Below, one piece after another: positions 9,299-17,907 of a stretch of DNA of 55,696 nucleotides; the first letter of the stretch is position 1, and each line of letters opens with the position of its first letter. The notes beneath the pieces are model-generated. The model made no database searches, had not been told where the DNA came from, and saw nothing but the letters and a program-made list of their open reading frames with translations. The stretch is taken from assembly GCA_031265235.1 (NCBI GenBank), contig JAISCX010000013.1, forward strand, positions 1 through 55,696. Direction: 5' to 3'. The translations under genes were made by a program, and so were the position numbers. The DNA is from Rickettsiales bacterium. Lineage in GTDB: Bacteria; Pseudomonadota; Alphaproteobacteria; Rs-D84.

Positions 9299-11680
9299 AT
9301 GGCTACATTGACACTTAAAAAATCCGTCGATACCGGCGCGGTGCAGAGCGCCAAGGGTGCGACCATATCCGTGGAACGTCGCCGCAAAATCATGCTGCCC
9401 GGCGAGCGGACACTGCGAGACGAGCCAAAGTCCCCTGTGAAAAGTTCTGCCGCGGACGAAAAGCTTCGCGCAGTGCTGGAAGCTGCGAAAGAGCGCGAAT
9501 TGGTGCGAAAACAACAGGCAGAGGATGAAGACCGTCTGCGCATGAAGCGGGACGAACAGATCGCCGCGGAAAAAGAAGCGTATGAGCATACCAAGGAGCA
9601 GCTGCGCGCGCGCGAGGCGGCAATGGCGGAAACAGAACCCGATACGGATCATGCCGCGATTGGCGCGCCCAGGCCGACGTATGGTTCGTCCAGGGTTTCC
9701 GGGTCGGATGACGATGACGCCAAGGGGCACAAGGCGAAAGGGAAAAATACCGCGAAAAGCGCAAAAGATTTCGGCAAGGGCAAGATATCGATCCGCGACA
9801 TTGTAATGTCAGGCGACGAAGACGGCGACGAATCGATCGGCATCCGCGGCGGCGCCCACAGACGATCAGAAGCGTCGCTGAAACGTTTCCGGGACAAGGC
9901 CCGCGCAATGTTCAAGCCCACGGAAAAAATAGCGCGCGAAGTTTCGATCGGAGAAACCGTCACCGTAAAGGACTTGGCGTCCCAGCTTTCCGAAAAGGTA
10001 GGCGTTGTTATCAAAAAACTGATGGAAATGGGAATGATCGTGTCGCAAAACCAATCTTTGGACGCCGACACCGCGGAATTGGTCGCGACGGAATTCAGCG
10101 CGACCGTGCGCCGCGTCGTCACTGTGCCATATGACGCAGAGCTGAACCGCGCGCCCAATCCGGAACACTTGCTGCCGCGCGCGCCGGTTGTCACTGTTGT
10201 CGGCCATGTCGATCATGGAAAGACATCGCTGCTTGACGCTTTCCGCAACGCCAATGTTGTCGCGGGCGAAGCGGGCGGAATAACCCAGCATATCGCCGCG
10301 TATGAAGTGGAATCCAAATCCGGCAAGATGATAACATTCCTTGACACCCCGGGGCACGAAACATTTTCAGCCATGCGCGCCCGCGGCGCGCAGATGGCCG
10401 ACATCGTGGTTCTGGTCGTCGCCGCGAATGATTCGATCATGCCGCAGACGATAGAGGCCATCAATCATATCCGCGCAGCCAAGGTTCCGTTCATTATCGC
10501 CATTAATAAAATAGATCTGCCCGAAGCCGATCCCACAAAAGTCAAAACCGATTTGTTGCAGCATGAAATACAGATTGAAGAAATGGGCGGCGATGTTCAG
10601 GCCGTAGAGATTTCCGCAACCAAGAAAATCAATCTGGACAAATTAGAAGACGCGATTCTGTTGCAGGCAGAGCTTATGGATTTAAAGGCGGACCCTGATA
10701 TGCCGGCCCAAGGATCTGTCGTAGAGGCCCGGCAAGAAAAAGGATTGGGCGCAACGGCGACGACACTGATTCGCACCGGAACGCTGAAAATCGGCGATAT
10801 ATTCGTTGTGGGCGAAACATGGGGACGCGCGCGGGGACTTATCAATTCCGTTGGAATGCGCGTCAAGTCCGTGGGTCCCGGCCAGCCTGTGATAATATTG
10901 GGCCTTGAAACGGTGCCTTTGGCCGGCGACGAGCTGCGCGGACTGGAATCAGAAGCCCAGGCCCGCGAAGTCGTCAGCTATCGCGTCCACAGATCGAAAG
11001 AAAGCGCGAATATTGTAAAACGTTCGTCTTTGGAAGATCTGTTCGCAAAGCGGGACGAAACCAAGAAATTAATGCTGCCGGTCGTTCTTCGCGCGGATGT
11101 CCAAGGATCGGTCGAAGCAATCCGCGACATGATTAAAAAGATTGATTCCGACAAGGCGGGCATCGATGTCCTGTTGTCCGGCGTGGGCCAAATTACCGAA
11201 GGCGACGTGCGGCTGGCGGCGGCAAGCAACGCGGTTATAATCGCGTTCAATGTCCGCGCGGATGCGGTGACGCGGGAACTGGCCAGATCCATTGGCGTTG
11301 AAATCCGCTATCATTCAATCGTATACCGCATAACGGACGAGTTAAAGGATATGCTGACCGGAAAGCTTGCGCCGGAACGCCGCGAAAACTTTATCGGATA
11401 CGCCGACGTAATCGCGATATTCACGGTAGGCAAGGGCGTCAAAGTCGCCGGCTGCCGCGTTACCGAAGGCGTCGTAAAGAAAGACGCGTTTGTCCGGCTG
11501 TTGCGCGAAAACGTTGTTATTTACGACGGCAAGATCGGAATGCTGAAACGCGAAAAGAACGAAGTAAAGGAAGTCGGCACAGGCACCGAATTCGGAATGT
11601 CGTTCGACAAATACAACGACCTGCGCGAAGGCGACCGGGTGGAATGTTACGAGGTTGAAAATATCAAAGCAACGTTGTAA
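9299..11680 (+). CDS. infB: Translation initiation factor IF-2
   Basis: GGAG RBS, GTPase motifs [13 protein letters not shown] / DTPGH / NKID, 793 aa. Confidence 0.95.
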   Translation: MATLTLKKSVDTGAVQSAKGATISVERRRKIMLPGERTLRDEPKSPVKSSAADEKLRAVLEAAKERELVRKQQAEDEDRLRMKRDEQIAAEKEAYEHTKEQLRAREAAMAETEPDTDHAAIGAPRPTYGSSRVSGSDDDDAKGHKAKGKNTAKSAKDFGKGKISIRDIVMSGDEDGDESIGIRGGAHRRSEASLKRFRDKARAMFKPTEKIAREVSIGETVTVKDLASQLSEKVGVVIKKLMEMGMIVSQNQSLDADTAELVATEFSATVRRVVTVPYDAELNRAPNPEHLLPRAPVVTVVGHVDHGKTSLLDAFRNANVVAGEAGGITQHIAAYEVESKSGKMITFLDTPGHETFSAMRARGAQMADIVVLVVAANDSIMPQTIEAINHIRAAKVPFIIAINKIDLPEADPTKVKTDLLQHEIQIEEMGGDVQAVEISATKKINLDKLEDAILLQAELMDLKADPDMPAQGSVVEARQEKGLGATATTLIRTGTLKIGDIFVVGETWGRARGLINSVGMRVKSVGPGQPVIILGLETVPLAGDELRGLESEAQAREVVSYRVHRSKESANIVKRSSLEDLFAKRDETKKLMLPVVLRADVQGSVEAIRDMIKKIDSDKAGIDVLLSGVGQITEGDVRLAAASNAVIIAFNVRADAVTRELARSIGVEIRYHSIVYRITDELKDMLTGKLAPERRENFIGYADVIAIFTVGKGVKVAGCRVTEGVVKKDAFVRLLRENVVIYDGKIGMLKREKNEVKEVGTGTEFGMSFDKYNDLREGDRVECYEVENIKATL

Positions 11681-11705
11681 TTGTGTTCGCGCGATAATAC
11701 GTAAA

Positions 11706-11748
11706 AACGGCCCTTCGTGTATGTTTCAATACACGTCAGGGCCGTTTT
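11706..11748 (+). terminator. Intrinsic terminator after infB
   Basis: AACGGCCCT...AGGGCCGTTTT with a nested CGTGTAT..ATACACG hairpin. Confidence 0.75.
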
Positions 11749-11816
11749 CACACCACCTTGCCGCATTCTGACGCAACGCGCCCGGCATACGGGGGATTGT
11801 GCTATCTGATACCATT

Positions 11817-11996
11817 CTAATTAATTTTTACCGGTTCTTTTAAATCCGTCATTTCATTTGTTTGTTTTATTAACCTTTTATTTCTTTTTCGGCATTCCAG
11901 CAAGTATTTCGTTATGAAATCAAATGCCATATTATTTTGATACTTGTCGTTAAGAATTTCTTGAACTTCTTTATGGCTTATATATTTTATAAACAT
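11817..11996 (-). CDS. Small hypothetical protein (59 aa) in an AT-rich patch
   Basis: GAGAGG lies 5 nt before the ATG at 11996. Translation MFIKYISHKEVQEILNDKYQNN...KEPVKIN. It falls below the ORF-track length cutoff and was found by hand. Confidence 0.35.
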   Translation of the reverse strand: MFIKYISHKEVQEILNDKYQNNMAFDFITKYLLECRKRNKRLIKQTNEMTDLKEPVKIN

Positions 11997-12018
11997 TTTG
12001 TCCTCTCGTTAGTTATGT

Positions 12019-12176
12019 AAAAAACCACCTTTGAAAAAGGTGGCAGGAGGTTCAAAGCTATCACAATGCATAGTGTGGCGTATTCAATATATTCCACCAC
12101 CCTCCTGCCCAAGAGGACAGAAGGCAATATAAACATAGTGGAGGCTTTGAAACCTCGTTGCCGGAATGTTAATTCC
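12019..12176 (-). ncRNA. Candidate structured sRNA/leader, copy A (paralog of 17580..17742)
   Basis: Promoter-like TTGTCT-17-TATAAT at 12211..12183. Long-range helix GGCAGGAGG / CCTCCTGCC, conserved GAATATATTGAATA, terminator CCACCTTTTTCAAAGGTGGTTTTTT. Confidence 0.45.
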
Positions 12177-12259
12177 GATTGGATTATATGCCAGGTATCT
12201 TCAAAAGACAAGTGCAAATAATCATTTGCCCGTATAGGTTTTTATTATATAATCCCTGT

Positions 12260-13516
12260 ATGAAAAAATTTCCGGTTTATGTCCTTTGCCCTGTGATCTT
12301 TCTTTCCGCGTGTTCCACCATGGGGAATCGGCTGGATGCTGCGCGCGATGGTTTCGCGTCAGGCGATTATTCAAACAAAAAAATCGGCGATGATAATCTG
12401 GATCCGCTTCTTGCCGGAAACGCATTGTTCCAGCAAAACAAATTCAAAGAATCGGACGCCGCGTTCGAAGACATAAACAAACGGATGTCTGACGCCCAAA
12501 GCGCGTCGGTCGCGGGCGAGGTCGGCAAAGCATTAAGCAGCCAGATGGCGGGCAATTACAAGCCGTTCTTTATGGACGACCTGTTCGTGTCTTATTATCA
12601 AATTTGGGATGCGCTGGCGGACGGACGTGATAAAGACGCGCGGGTGATAGTCAACCAGTCATATGCAAAGCAACAGAAATTGTCCAAAGAATTCGCGTCA
12701 TTGATATCAAGACGCGAAACCGGCGGCAATGGTCTGGGCGCGAAGCTGCGGTCTGAAAATTCGGGATGGGAATCGTATCGCGATATAATGAATCCGGCGC
12801 TGACGTATCTGTCCGGATTGTATTTCTTGAACTTTGCCGCCGGGGCAAGCGATTTTGAAACAGCGCGGACGTATCTGTCGCGGGCAAGCGGCATGATGCC
12901 GGATAATGATTACATAAAATCCGACCTGGCCGCTGCTGTGTCCGGTAAAAAGCCGGGCGGCATGGCATGGATATTTATTGAATCCGGGTTCGCGCCAAAG
13001 CTGGACGAACGGCGTATAGATTGGCCGGTCATCGGCGCAAACGGCGTGACAAGCGTATCCGTCGCCGTGTCGGAACCGGTAATGTTTGTTGATATGCCGA
13101 CCCCGGACGGCGCGAGGTTATTGGCCGACGTCGATGCGATGTTCATGACGGAATTCAAGGAATACAGTGTGAACGACGCATTGCGCGCACTGGCCGGCGT
13201 GGCGGCCAAGACCGCGGTTCAGGCGGTTGCGAATAACCAGCTGGGGCCATGGGGGGGATTTGGCGCGATGATATATTCGATCGCCAGCACCGGTGCAGAG
13301 ATCAGGACATGGGCGACGCTGCCGAAAAAAATATATCTGATGCGCATTGATAAAACGGCAAATAGCAAAGAGCGAACAGAAAATAATGAAGAATTGATTT
13401 TGTTAAAAATTAATGGTAACGTCGTATCTGAAATAAAGGTTCCGGTTACCGGCAATGACTTGATATACATCAGACTGCTGAATGGCAAAATTGAACCGAA
13501 AATTATAAGAATTTGA
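12260..13516 (+). CDS. Lipoprotein of unknown function (resembles the COG3014-type partners of LpoB-like lipoproteins)
   Basis: Start moved to MKKFPVYVLCPVIFLSAC (lipobox LSAC). The upstream track start lies in the sRNA promoter region. 418 aa. Confidence 0.8.
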   Translation: MKKFPVYVLCPVIFLSACSTMGNRLDAARDGFASGDYSNKKIGDDNLDPLLAGNALFQQNKFKESDAAFEDINKRMSDAQSASVAGEVGKALSSQMAGNYKPFFMDDLFVSYYQIWDALADGRDKDARVIVNQSYAKQQKLSKEFASLISRRETGGNGLGAKLRSENSGWESYRDIMNPALTYLSGLYFLNFAAGASDFETARTYLSRASGMMPDNDYIKSDLAAAVSGKKPGGMAWIFIESGFAPKLDERRIDWPVIGANGVTSVSVAVSEPVMFVDMPTPDGARLLADVDAMFMTEFKEYSVNDALRALAGVAAKTAVQAVANNQLGPWGGFGAMIYSIASTGAEIRTWATLPKKIYLMRIDKTANSKERTENNEELILLKINGNVVSEIKVPVTGNDLIYIRLLNGKIEPKIIRI

Positions 13517-13561
13517 ACCCGCTGGCATAGCGGGCCCGAATGACAACGATAAAAAAAGGAT

Positions 13562-14320
13562 ATGCCCATGAAAAAAATTACATTATGCCTTGTGCCTTAT
13601 GCCTTGTGCCTTGCGCTTTGCGCATGCGGCGGAACCAAGGTTGTTGACTTGGAAGATCAGGACGAGGTCGCGGAAATGACCGACGTGATGGAACTGGAAT
13701 ACCGCGACTGGACCAAGACCGCGGAAAAAATGACGAATTCCATGCTGAAATCCGGCGCATTTGCAGAGATCAAAAAGCCCGTCATCGCCATGGGTCCCAT
13801 GACCAACGACACCTTGCAGCGGTTTGACACCGACATTATGACCAAAAAGATCCGCACGACGTTGGTCAATTCCGGCCGCGCCCAGATTGCGACAAGCTTT
13901 CAGAACAAGACCGTGTCGGCGACGGGATATGTCCCTGTAAAGGCGGAATTGAACGCGATGTCCGCAAACGGCAAGAATACGTCCACAATAAAGGCCAAGG
14001 CCGAAGGATACGCCGCGGTTGAATATGAAAAGCCGGCCAGCGAAGACGACACCACGCACCAGGTGCGCGCCCAGCGCGGCAACGCGGAATACGACGCCGG
14101 CACGGTCGCGGACAAGGGAACCTTGGTCGCGCCGAACATGTCGCTGTCGGGCAAGATGATGCAAAGAAATCTTGGATTGGAAACATGCTGGCTGTGTGCA
14201 AAGAAAGAGCGCGTGGAATATTACCTGCAACTGACGCTGACGGATGTCCGGTCCGGGCTGTCGGTTTGGGAAGACGAACAGCCGATTATCAAGGAAGGCA
14301 AAAACGCCCCAAAATGGTAA
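13562..14320 (+). CDS. LpoB-like (COG3417-type) lipoprotein
   Basis: Lipobox LALCAC|GG, DW..TAEKMTNSML and MGPMTNDT motifs, C-terminal YYLQLTLTDVRSG. The signal peptide is encoded by a TGCCTTG heptamer tract. Confidence 0.75.
   Translation: MPMKKITLCLVPYALCLALCACGGTKVVDLEDQDEVAEMTDVMELEYRDWTKTAEKMTNSMLKSGAFAEIKKPVIAMGPMTNDTLQRFDTDIMTKKIRTTLVNSGRAQIATSFQNKTVSATGYVPVKAELNAMSANGKNTSTIKAKAEGYAAVEYEKPASEDDTTHQVRAQRGNAEYDAGTVADKGTLVAPNMSLSGKMMQRNLGLETCWLCAKKERVEYYLQLTLTDVRSGLSVWEDEQPIIKEGKNAPKW
13586..13623. repeat. Solo TGCCTTG heptamer tract encoding a lipoprotein signal peptide
   Basis: TGCCTTG TGCCTTA TGCCTTG TGCCTTG CGCTTTG CGC translates to LCLVPYALCLALCA. Confidence 0.7.
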
Positions 14321-14468
14321 ATCAATTATAATGGACGCCTGCACTGCGATTTGCTCTGGTCATGTATTTTTATACACTCCCGGCGCAAATCGCGGCGCAT
14401 TCGTCTCATTCTAATTGATTTATAAAGTGCGTCCTATGGGCGCGTTTTTTATTGCTAAATAACTTTTC

Positions 14469-15305
14469 ATGATTAATAATTCCGCTGTGAAAAAATTAAT
14501 TGCGGCTTTTCTATTCCTATCATTTCCTGCATTTGCGGAAATTGAACCGATGGATAAAGTCGTATTTCCAAATCCTATGGATACCGTTCAGACCAAAGAA
14601 CGCGATCTGGTTCCGCCGTCGCAACCGCGTCTGGACAAGGCCGAAAGGACTTACATATCCGGCGCATTGCTGGCTGGCGTGGTTCAGATGCCCGGCTGGG
14701 CCGAAGATACGGTCATAAACGGCGCGATGTTGAACGGAGACAGAGAAACGCTGGCCGGAATGACGCCGGTGTTTTTCAATGTGAATGTTGGATACAATTT
14801 CAGCCGCTGGGGCGCGCTTTTCTTCGGCGGAACATTCGCGGCGCCTGTTGAAAACAAACCGTGGGCCAAAGAAGCGGGCGGCCCGCAACTCGTTTGGGGC
14901 GAAGTTTGCCCGCTTCCCGGCGTTTGCTATCCGGGATATACTGTTATCCATCCTGAAAATTATGATTTAACGGTCCGGTCCAGCTATTACGAAATATTCG
15001 CGGGAACCCGATTCAATATCGGCGATGCGTCAGGTTCTGTCGGTATGTTCGGCATGTTCGGGTTACAGTTCGACTGGTATGTTGATTTGGGAATTTCTTA
15101 TAATAATCTGACGCTGGAATATTCCGGAGATTTGTCCGCGCGCGAAAATTTTTCCGGCGTGTCCCCGCTTTTCGGCACGGGTTTTGAAATAAGTTTTCCG
15201 GAATCCCAGACAGTATTTGACATCGGGCTTCGCATGACCGGCATTGGCGGGGATAATGTTTCCGGCACCGCTGGGGTAAGCATGGGATTCAAAAGATATT
15301 TTTAA
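14469..15305 (+). CDS. Outer-membrane beta-barrel protein
   Basis: Signal peptide FLFLSFPAFA, alternating Gly/aromatic strands, C-terminal ...GFKRYF. Confidence 0.8.
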   Translation: MINNSAVKKLIAAFLFLSFPAFAEIEPMDKVVFPNPMDTVQTKERDLVPPSQPRLDKAERTYISGALLAGVVQMPGWAEDTVINGAMLNGDRETLAGMTPVFFNVNVGYNFSRWGALFFGGTFAAPVENKPWAKEAGGPQLVWGEVCPLPGVCYPGYTVIHPENYDLTVRSSYYEIFAGTRFNIGDASGSVGMFGMFGLQFDWYVDLGISYNNLTLEYSGDLSARENFSGVSPLFGTGFEISFPESQTVFDIGLRMTGIGGDNVSGTAGVSMGFKRYF

Positions 15306-16693
15306 TTTTCATACGGGTTTTCGGCTTTCTTGTATTCTATCGCCACCGGCAAAGCTTCCCATTTCAATGCCTTGGCAATGCCGCGGCGCAGATAGCGCGT
15401 GTATGATTCCGGAATGTCCGACGCGCCGCCCACATTGATTGTTATGGTAATCGGATGTTCGCGCGTTTGCGATGCGAACTTTATTTTCATAGGACGCTTT
15501 AACCGCGACATAGGCGGCTGGTGCGCGGCAACCAATTTTTCAACCGTCCGATTGATCAGCGATGACGGCGCGCGCACGTTCGATATGTCCCATAATTCAA
15601 ATGCGCGTTTCAGCATGTTCTTGACGCCTGTTCCGGTTTCCGCGGATATCGGCAGAATCAAAGGCCGTATGATTTGCGAGAATGAATTATTGAACTGGTG
15701 TTTTAATTTCAGCAGTTTGTCGTCGCGTTCTTCCGCGGGCACCATATCCCATTTGTTCAGCGCCAGCACCAGGATTCTTCCCGCGTCATAAACGCGCCCC
15801 GCGATGCCGAGCGCCTGGTTTTCAATATCTTTGGTCGCGTCCGCCATCAAGATGACGATATCGGATTTTGACAGCGCGTCAAGCGATTTCAGCGCAGCAA
15901 GCGTTTCGACATCGTCGGTGATGCCGGCCTTGCGCCGCAGTCCCGCGGTATCGACCAGCGTGAAATCCCGCCCCAGCGCGTGCGTCTTGATGTTTATAGT
16001 GTCGCGCGTAACGCCGGGTTCGTCGCGAACGATTACGCGATCTTCCCCCAATATCTTGTTTACAAGCGTTGATTTCCCGACATTAGGCTGGCCCATGATT
16101 GCAATTCGCAACTGCGAATTGCAATCATGGGGAAGAGGGAAGAGGGAAGAGGGATATGTATTATCGCCATTCCCTTTTCTCTTTTCCCTCTTCCCTAATT
16201 CTTCAATCCATTCGTAAATCTTATCAAACCCGATTTTGTGTTCCGCGCTGATGGCTGTCGGCGCGCCGAATCCAAGTTTATAAAATTCGGATGTGTCCGC
16301 AAGGCGTTTTCCGGATTCCGATTTATTCATCAATAATAACACCGGCTTGTTTTTTTCCTTTTTTCTTATTCCTTTCGCAAATTCCATATCTTCCGGGGAC
16401 AGCCCCGTCTTGCCGTCAACCACAAACAAAATGGCGTCCGCGGCGGATATCGCGGACAACGCCATGCCCGTCGCCTGCGCCGCGATTCCTGTCTTTGCTT
16501 TTTCAAGGCCGGCCGTGTCAAAAATTGTGATTTGTGATTCGTGATTTGTGATTTGTGATTTTAATTGTCCCGCGACAACGTCGCGGGTAACGCCCGGACG
16601 GTTGTGGACAAGCGCGGCCCTGGTTCCGGTCAAAGCATTGAACAGGGTTGATTTGCCAGTATTCGGCCGCCCTATGATCGCAATTTTGAACAT
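15302..16693 (-). CDS. der: Ribosome-biogenesis GTPase Der (EngA) with repeat-derived insertions
   Basis: Two G domains (GRPNTGKST / DTAG / NKSE and GQPNVGKST / DTAG / NKWD) plus a KH-like C-terminus. Confidence 0.93.
   Translation of the reverse strand: MFKIAIIGRPNTGKSTLFNALTGTRAALVHNRPGVTRDVVAGQLKSQITNHESQITIFDTAGLEKAKTGIAAQATGMALSAISAADAILFVVDGKTGLSPEDMEFAKGIRKKEKNKPVLLLMNKSESGKRLADTSEFYKLGFGAPTAISAEHKIGFDKIYEWIEELGKREKRKGNGDNTYPSSLFPLPHDCNSQLRIAIMGQPNVGKSTLVNKILGEDRVIVRDEPGVTRDTINIKTHALGRDFTLVDTAGLRRKAGITDDVETLAALKSLDALSKSDIVILMADATKDIENQALGIAGRVYDAGRILVLALNKWDMVPAEERDDKLLKLKHQFNNSFSQIIRPLILPISAETGTGVKNMLKRAFELWDISNVRAPSSLINRTVEKLVAAHQPPMSRLKRPMKIKFASQTREHPITITINVGGASDIPESYTRYLRRGIAKALKWEALPVAIEYKKAENPYEN
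16095..16196. repeat. Nested palindromes inside the der inter-domain linker
   Basis: 15-bp perfect stem ATGATTGCAATTCGC aact GCGAATTGCAATCAT. Next to it are GGGAAGA x3 and the complementary TCCCTTT TCTCTTT TCCCTCT TCCC. Confidence 0.75.
16525..16562. repeat. Solo GTGATTT heptamer tract inside der G-domain 1
   Basis: GTGATTT GTGATTC GTGATTT GTGATTT GTGATTT is translated on the minus strand as KSQITNHESQIT, between the G2 and G3 motifs. Confidence 0.75.
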
Positions 16694-16774
16694 GTATTTT
16701 TTCCATTGTTTTTTGTTTGATTTGTTTCTATTATAAAATAGAAAACTGCAAATAGCAAACCAAGAGGGCCACGC

Positions 16775-17389
16775 ATGCAGAAGAAGAGCTTTATTAAAAA
16801 TATAATAAGGAAATCATTTGGGCACATCGTTCAGATACTGACCGATCCAAAGCGGTTTTTTTCAAAAATAGTTGCAGACGGCAATATGGAAGAATCAATG
16901 CTGAAAGCGTTCCTTTACGGACTGTTGGGCGGTGCATTGGTGTTGATTATGCAATTGCTGGGCGGCGCAACCGTAACAATATCGGTCGTGTTTTCAAAGC
17001 TGGTCATCGTGCCGGTGCTGGCGGTCGCGATATTGTTTGTCATGGGCGGGCTGCTTATGCTGGTGTCCGAAATCACAGGCGGGGAACGCGATTGGGAAAT
17101 CGCGATCAAGGGTCTGGCAAGCGTATTCTTTATTTATCCGGTGATTCTTGTTTTGAATGCGCTGGCGTTCAACTGCACATCGCTTTGGGTGGTCAGCGCG
17201 GTTGTCGACGGATACATTCTGTTTCTGTTGTATAATATCGGGGTATACTGTATGCGGGGCAGCCGCGCGCGCGTTCTGCTTGTCATCGGCGCGTTCGCGT
17301 TATTTGTTCTGACCGTGTATCTGACGGATTATCGTTTCGGCTGGTTCATGTTAAAGAATACCTCTGCCGCGTTAAGGTGTCTGGTATAA
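16775..17389 (+). CDS. Yip1-like polytopic membrane protein
   Basis: About five hydrophobic helices, 204 aa, followed by a terminator. Confidence 0.7.
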   Translation: MQKKSFIKNIIRKSFGHIVQILTDPKRFFSKIVADGNMEESMLKAFLYGLLGGALVLIMQLLGGATVTISVVFSKLVIVPVLAVAILFVMGGLLMLVSEITGGERDWEIAIKGLASVFFIYPVILVLNALAFNCTSLWVVSAVVDGYILFLLYNIGVYCMRGSRARVLLVIGAFALFVLTVYLTDYRFGWFMLKNTSAALRCLV

Positions 17390-17395
17390 AATAAT

Positions 17396-17419
17396 CGCCG
17401 CGAAAGCGGCGTTTTTTTT
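17396..17419 (+). terminator. Intrinsic terminator
   Basis: CGCCGC gaaa GCGGCG followed by T8. Confidence 0.75.
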
Positions 17420-17420
17420 A

Positions 17421-17494
17421 TGGAGGCCCGGGTCGGAATCGAACCGGCATTCAAGGATTTGCAGTCCTCTGCATAACCACTCTGCCACCGGGCC
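17421..17494 (-). tRNA. tRNA-Cys (GCA)
   Basis: Cloverleaf GGCCCGG acceptor stem, anticodon loop CUGCAAA, T-loop TTCGATT, encoded CCA. There is one C.A mismatch in the T stem. Confidence 0.88.
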
Positions 17495-17544
17495 GTGCAG
17501 ACAAATGTAACAGATAAGATTTATATTTTCAATATAAAAATATC

Positions 17545-17573
17545 TTGAACTTTTTCACAGAGTTATGTATTAT
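17545..17573 (+). promoter_or_regulatory. Sigma70-like promoter for sRNA copy B
   Basis: TTGAAC, 17-nt spacer, TATTAT. Confidence 0.4.
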
Positions 17574-17579
17574 CTGAAA

Positions 17580-17742
17580 GTCTTGGGGATTTCCTGGGAC
17601 GGGGTTTACAAACTTCTCGTAAGCGTCAGAAAAGACGAAAAAACTCCAACCTGTGGTTGGAGGGCGTGAATATATTGAATAAACGCACAATTCTTACGAT
17701 TGTTTGTAACCTCCAACCACCTTTATTTTATGGTGGTTTTTA
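17580..17742 (+). ncRNA. Candidate structured sRNA, copy B
   Basis: Helix GGTTGGAGG / CCTCCAACC, conserved GAATATATTGAATA, terminator CCACCTTTATTTTATGGTGGTTTTT. Confidence 0.45.
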
Positions 17743-17907
17743 TTTGGTTGGAAGGTGTCGGAATATAACTGAATACGGCGCTTGGCTTTGTCACCATGCA
17801 CGACTTCCAGCCATTTGTGACCGGGGGCTCTCTCTCCTAGCAAAGTGCCCCGGTCGCCATTAAAATTTCTCTTTCCTGCCGGTGTTTTTGTACTATACTC
17901 ATTAATT

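Noticed and set aside
12179-12259. Upstream track start of the lipoprotein gene, and similar long N-terminal extensions of recF (17845), lptF/G (42933), the SurA-like gene (46186), pnp (52214), the glycosyltransferase (52394) and yidD (25236)
   Set aside because: The extensions use alternative start codons or run through repeats and promoters. In each case an internal ATG gives a canonical family N-terminus or signal peptide, usually with a better RBS.
13583-14344. 253-aa minus-strand ORF
   Set aside because: It is antisense to the LpoB-like lipoprotein gene, which has a lipobox and family motifs. The antisense frame has none.
14321-14468. Crossed complementary segments TAAATCAATTA/TAATTGATTTA and GGACGC/GCGTCC after the LpoB-like gene as a pseudoknot element
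   Set aside because: The order of the segments is incompatible with a simple hairpin, and the matches are short. Only the GCGTCC tat GGGCGC + T6 terminator-like hairpin near 14428..14452 seems meaningful.
15302-15305. Convergent stop-codon overlap of the OMP gene and der with no terminator between them
   Set aside because: The overlap is real in the sequence, but it is a common consequence of compact genomes. No further signal was found.
17657-17863. 68-aa ORF overlapping sRNA copy B, and the 76-aa ORF at 11987..12217 overlapping copy A
   Set aside because: The two copies share nucleotide blocks, but the reading frame shifts between the conserved blocks, so the similarity is at the RNA/DNA level rather than the peptide level. 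A type I toxin reading was considered and not supported.
17495-17907. Search for tmRNA, RNase P RNA, SRP RNA or 6S RNA in the long tRNA-Cys/recF spacer
   Set aside because: None of the diagnostic motifs were found by eye: the GAGGAAAGTCC P4 motif, an SRP GGAA/AGCA domain IV, or a tRNA-like tmRNA end with a tag ORF. The region is better explained by the promoter plus sRNA copy B.
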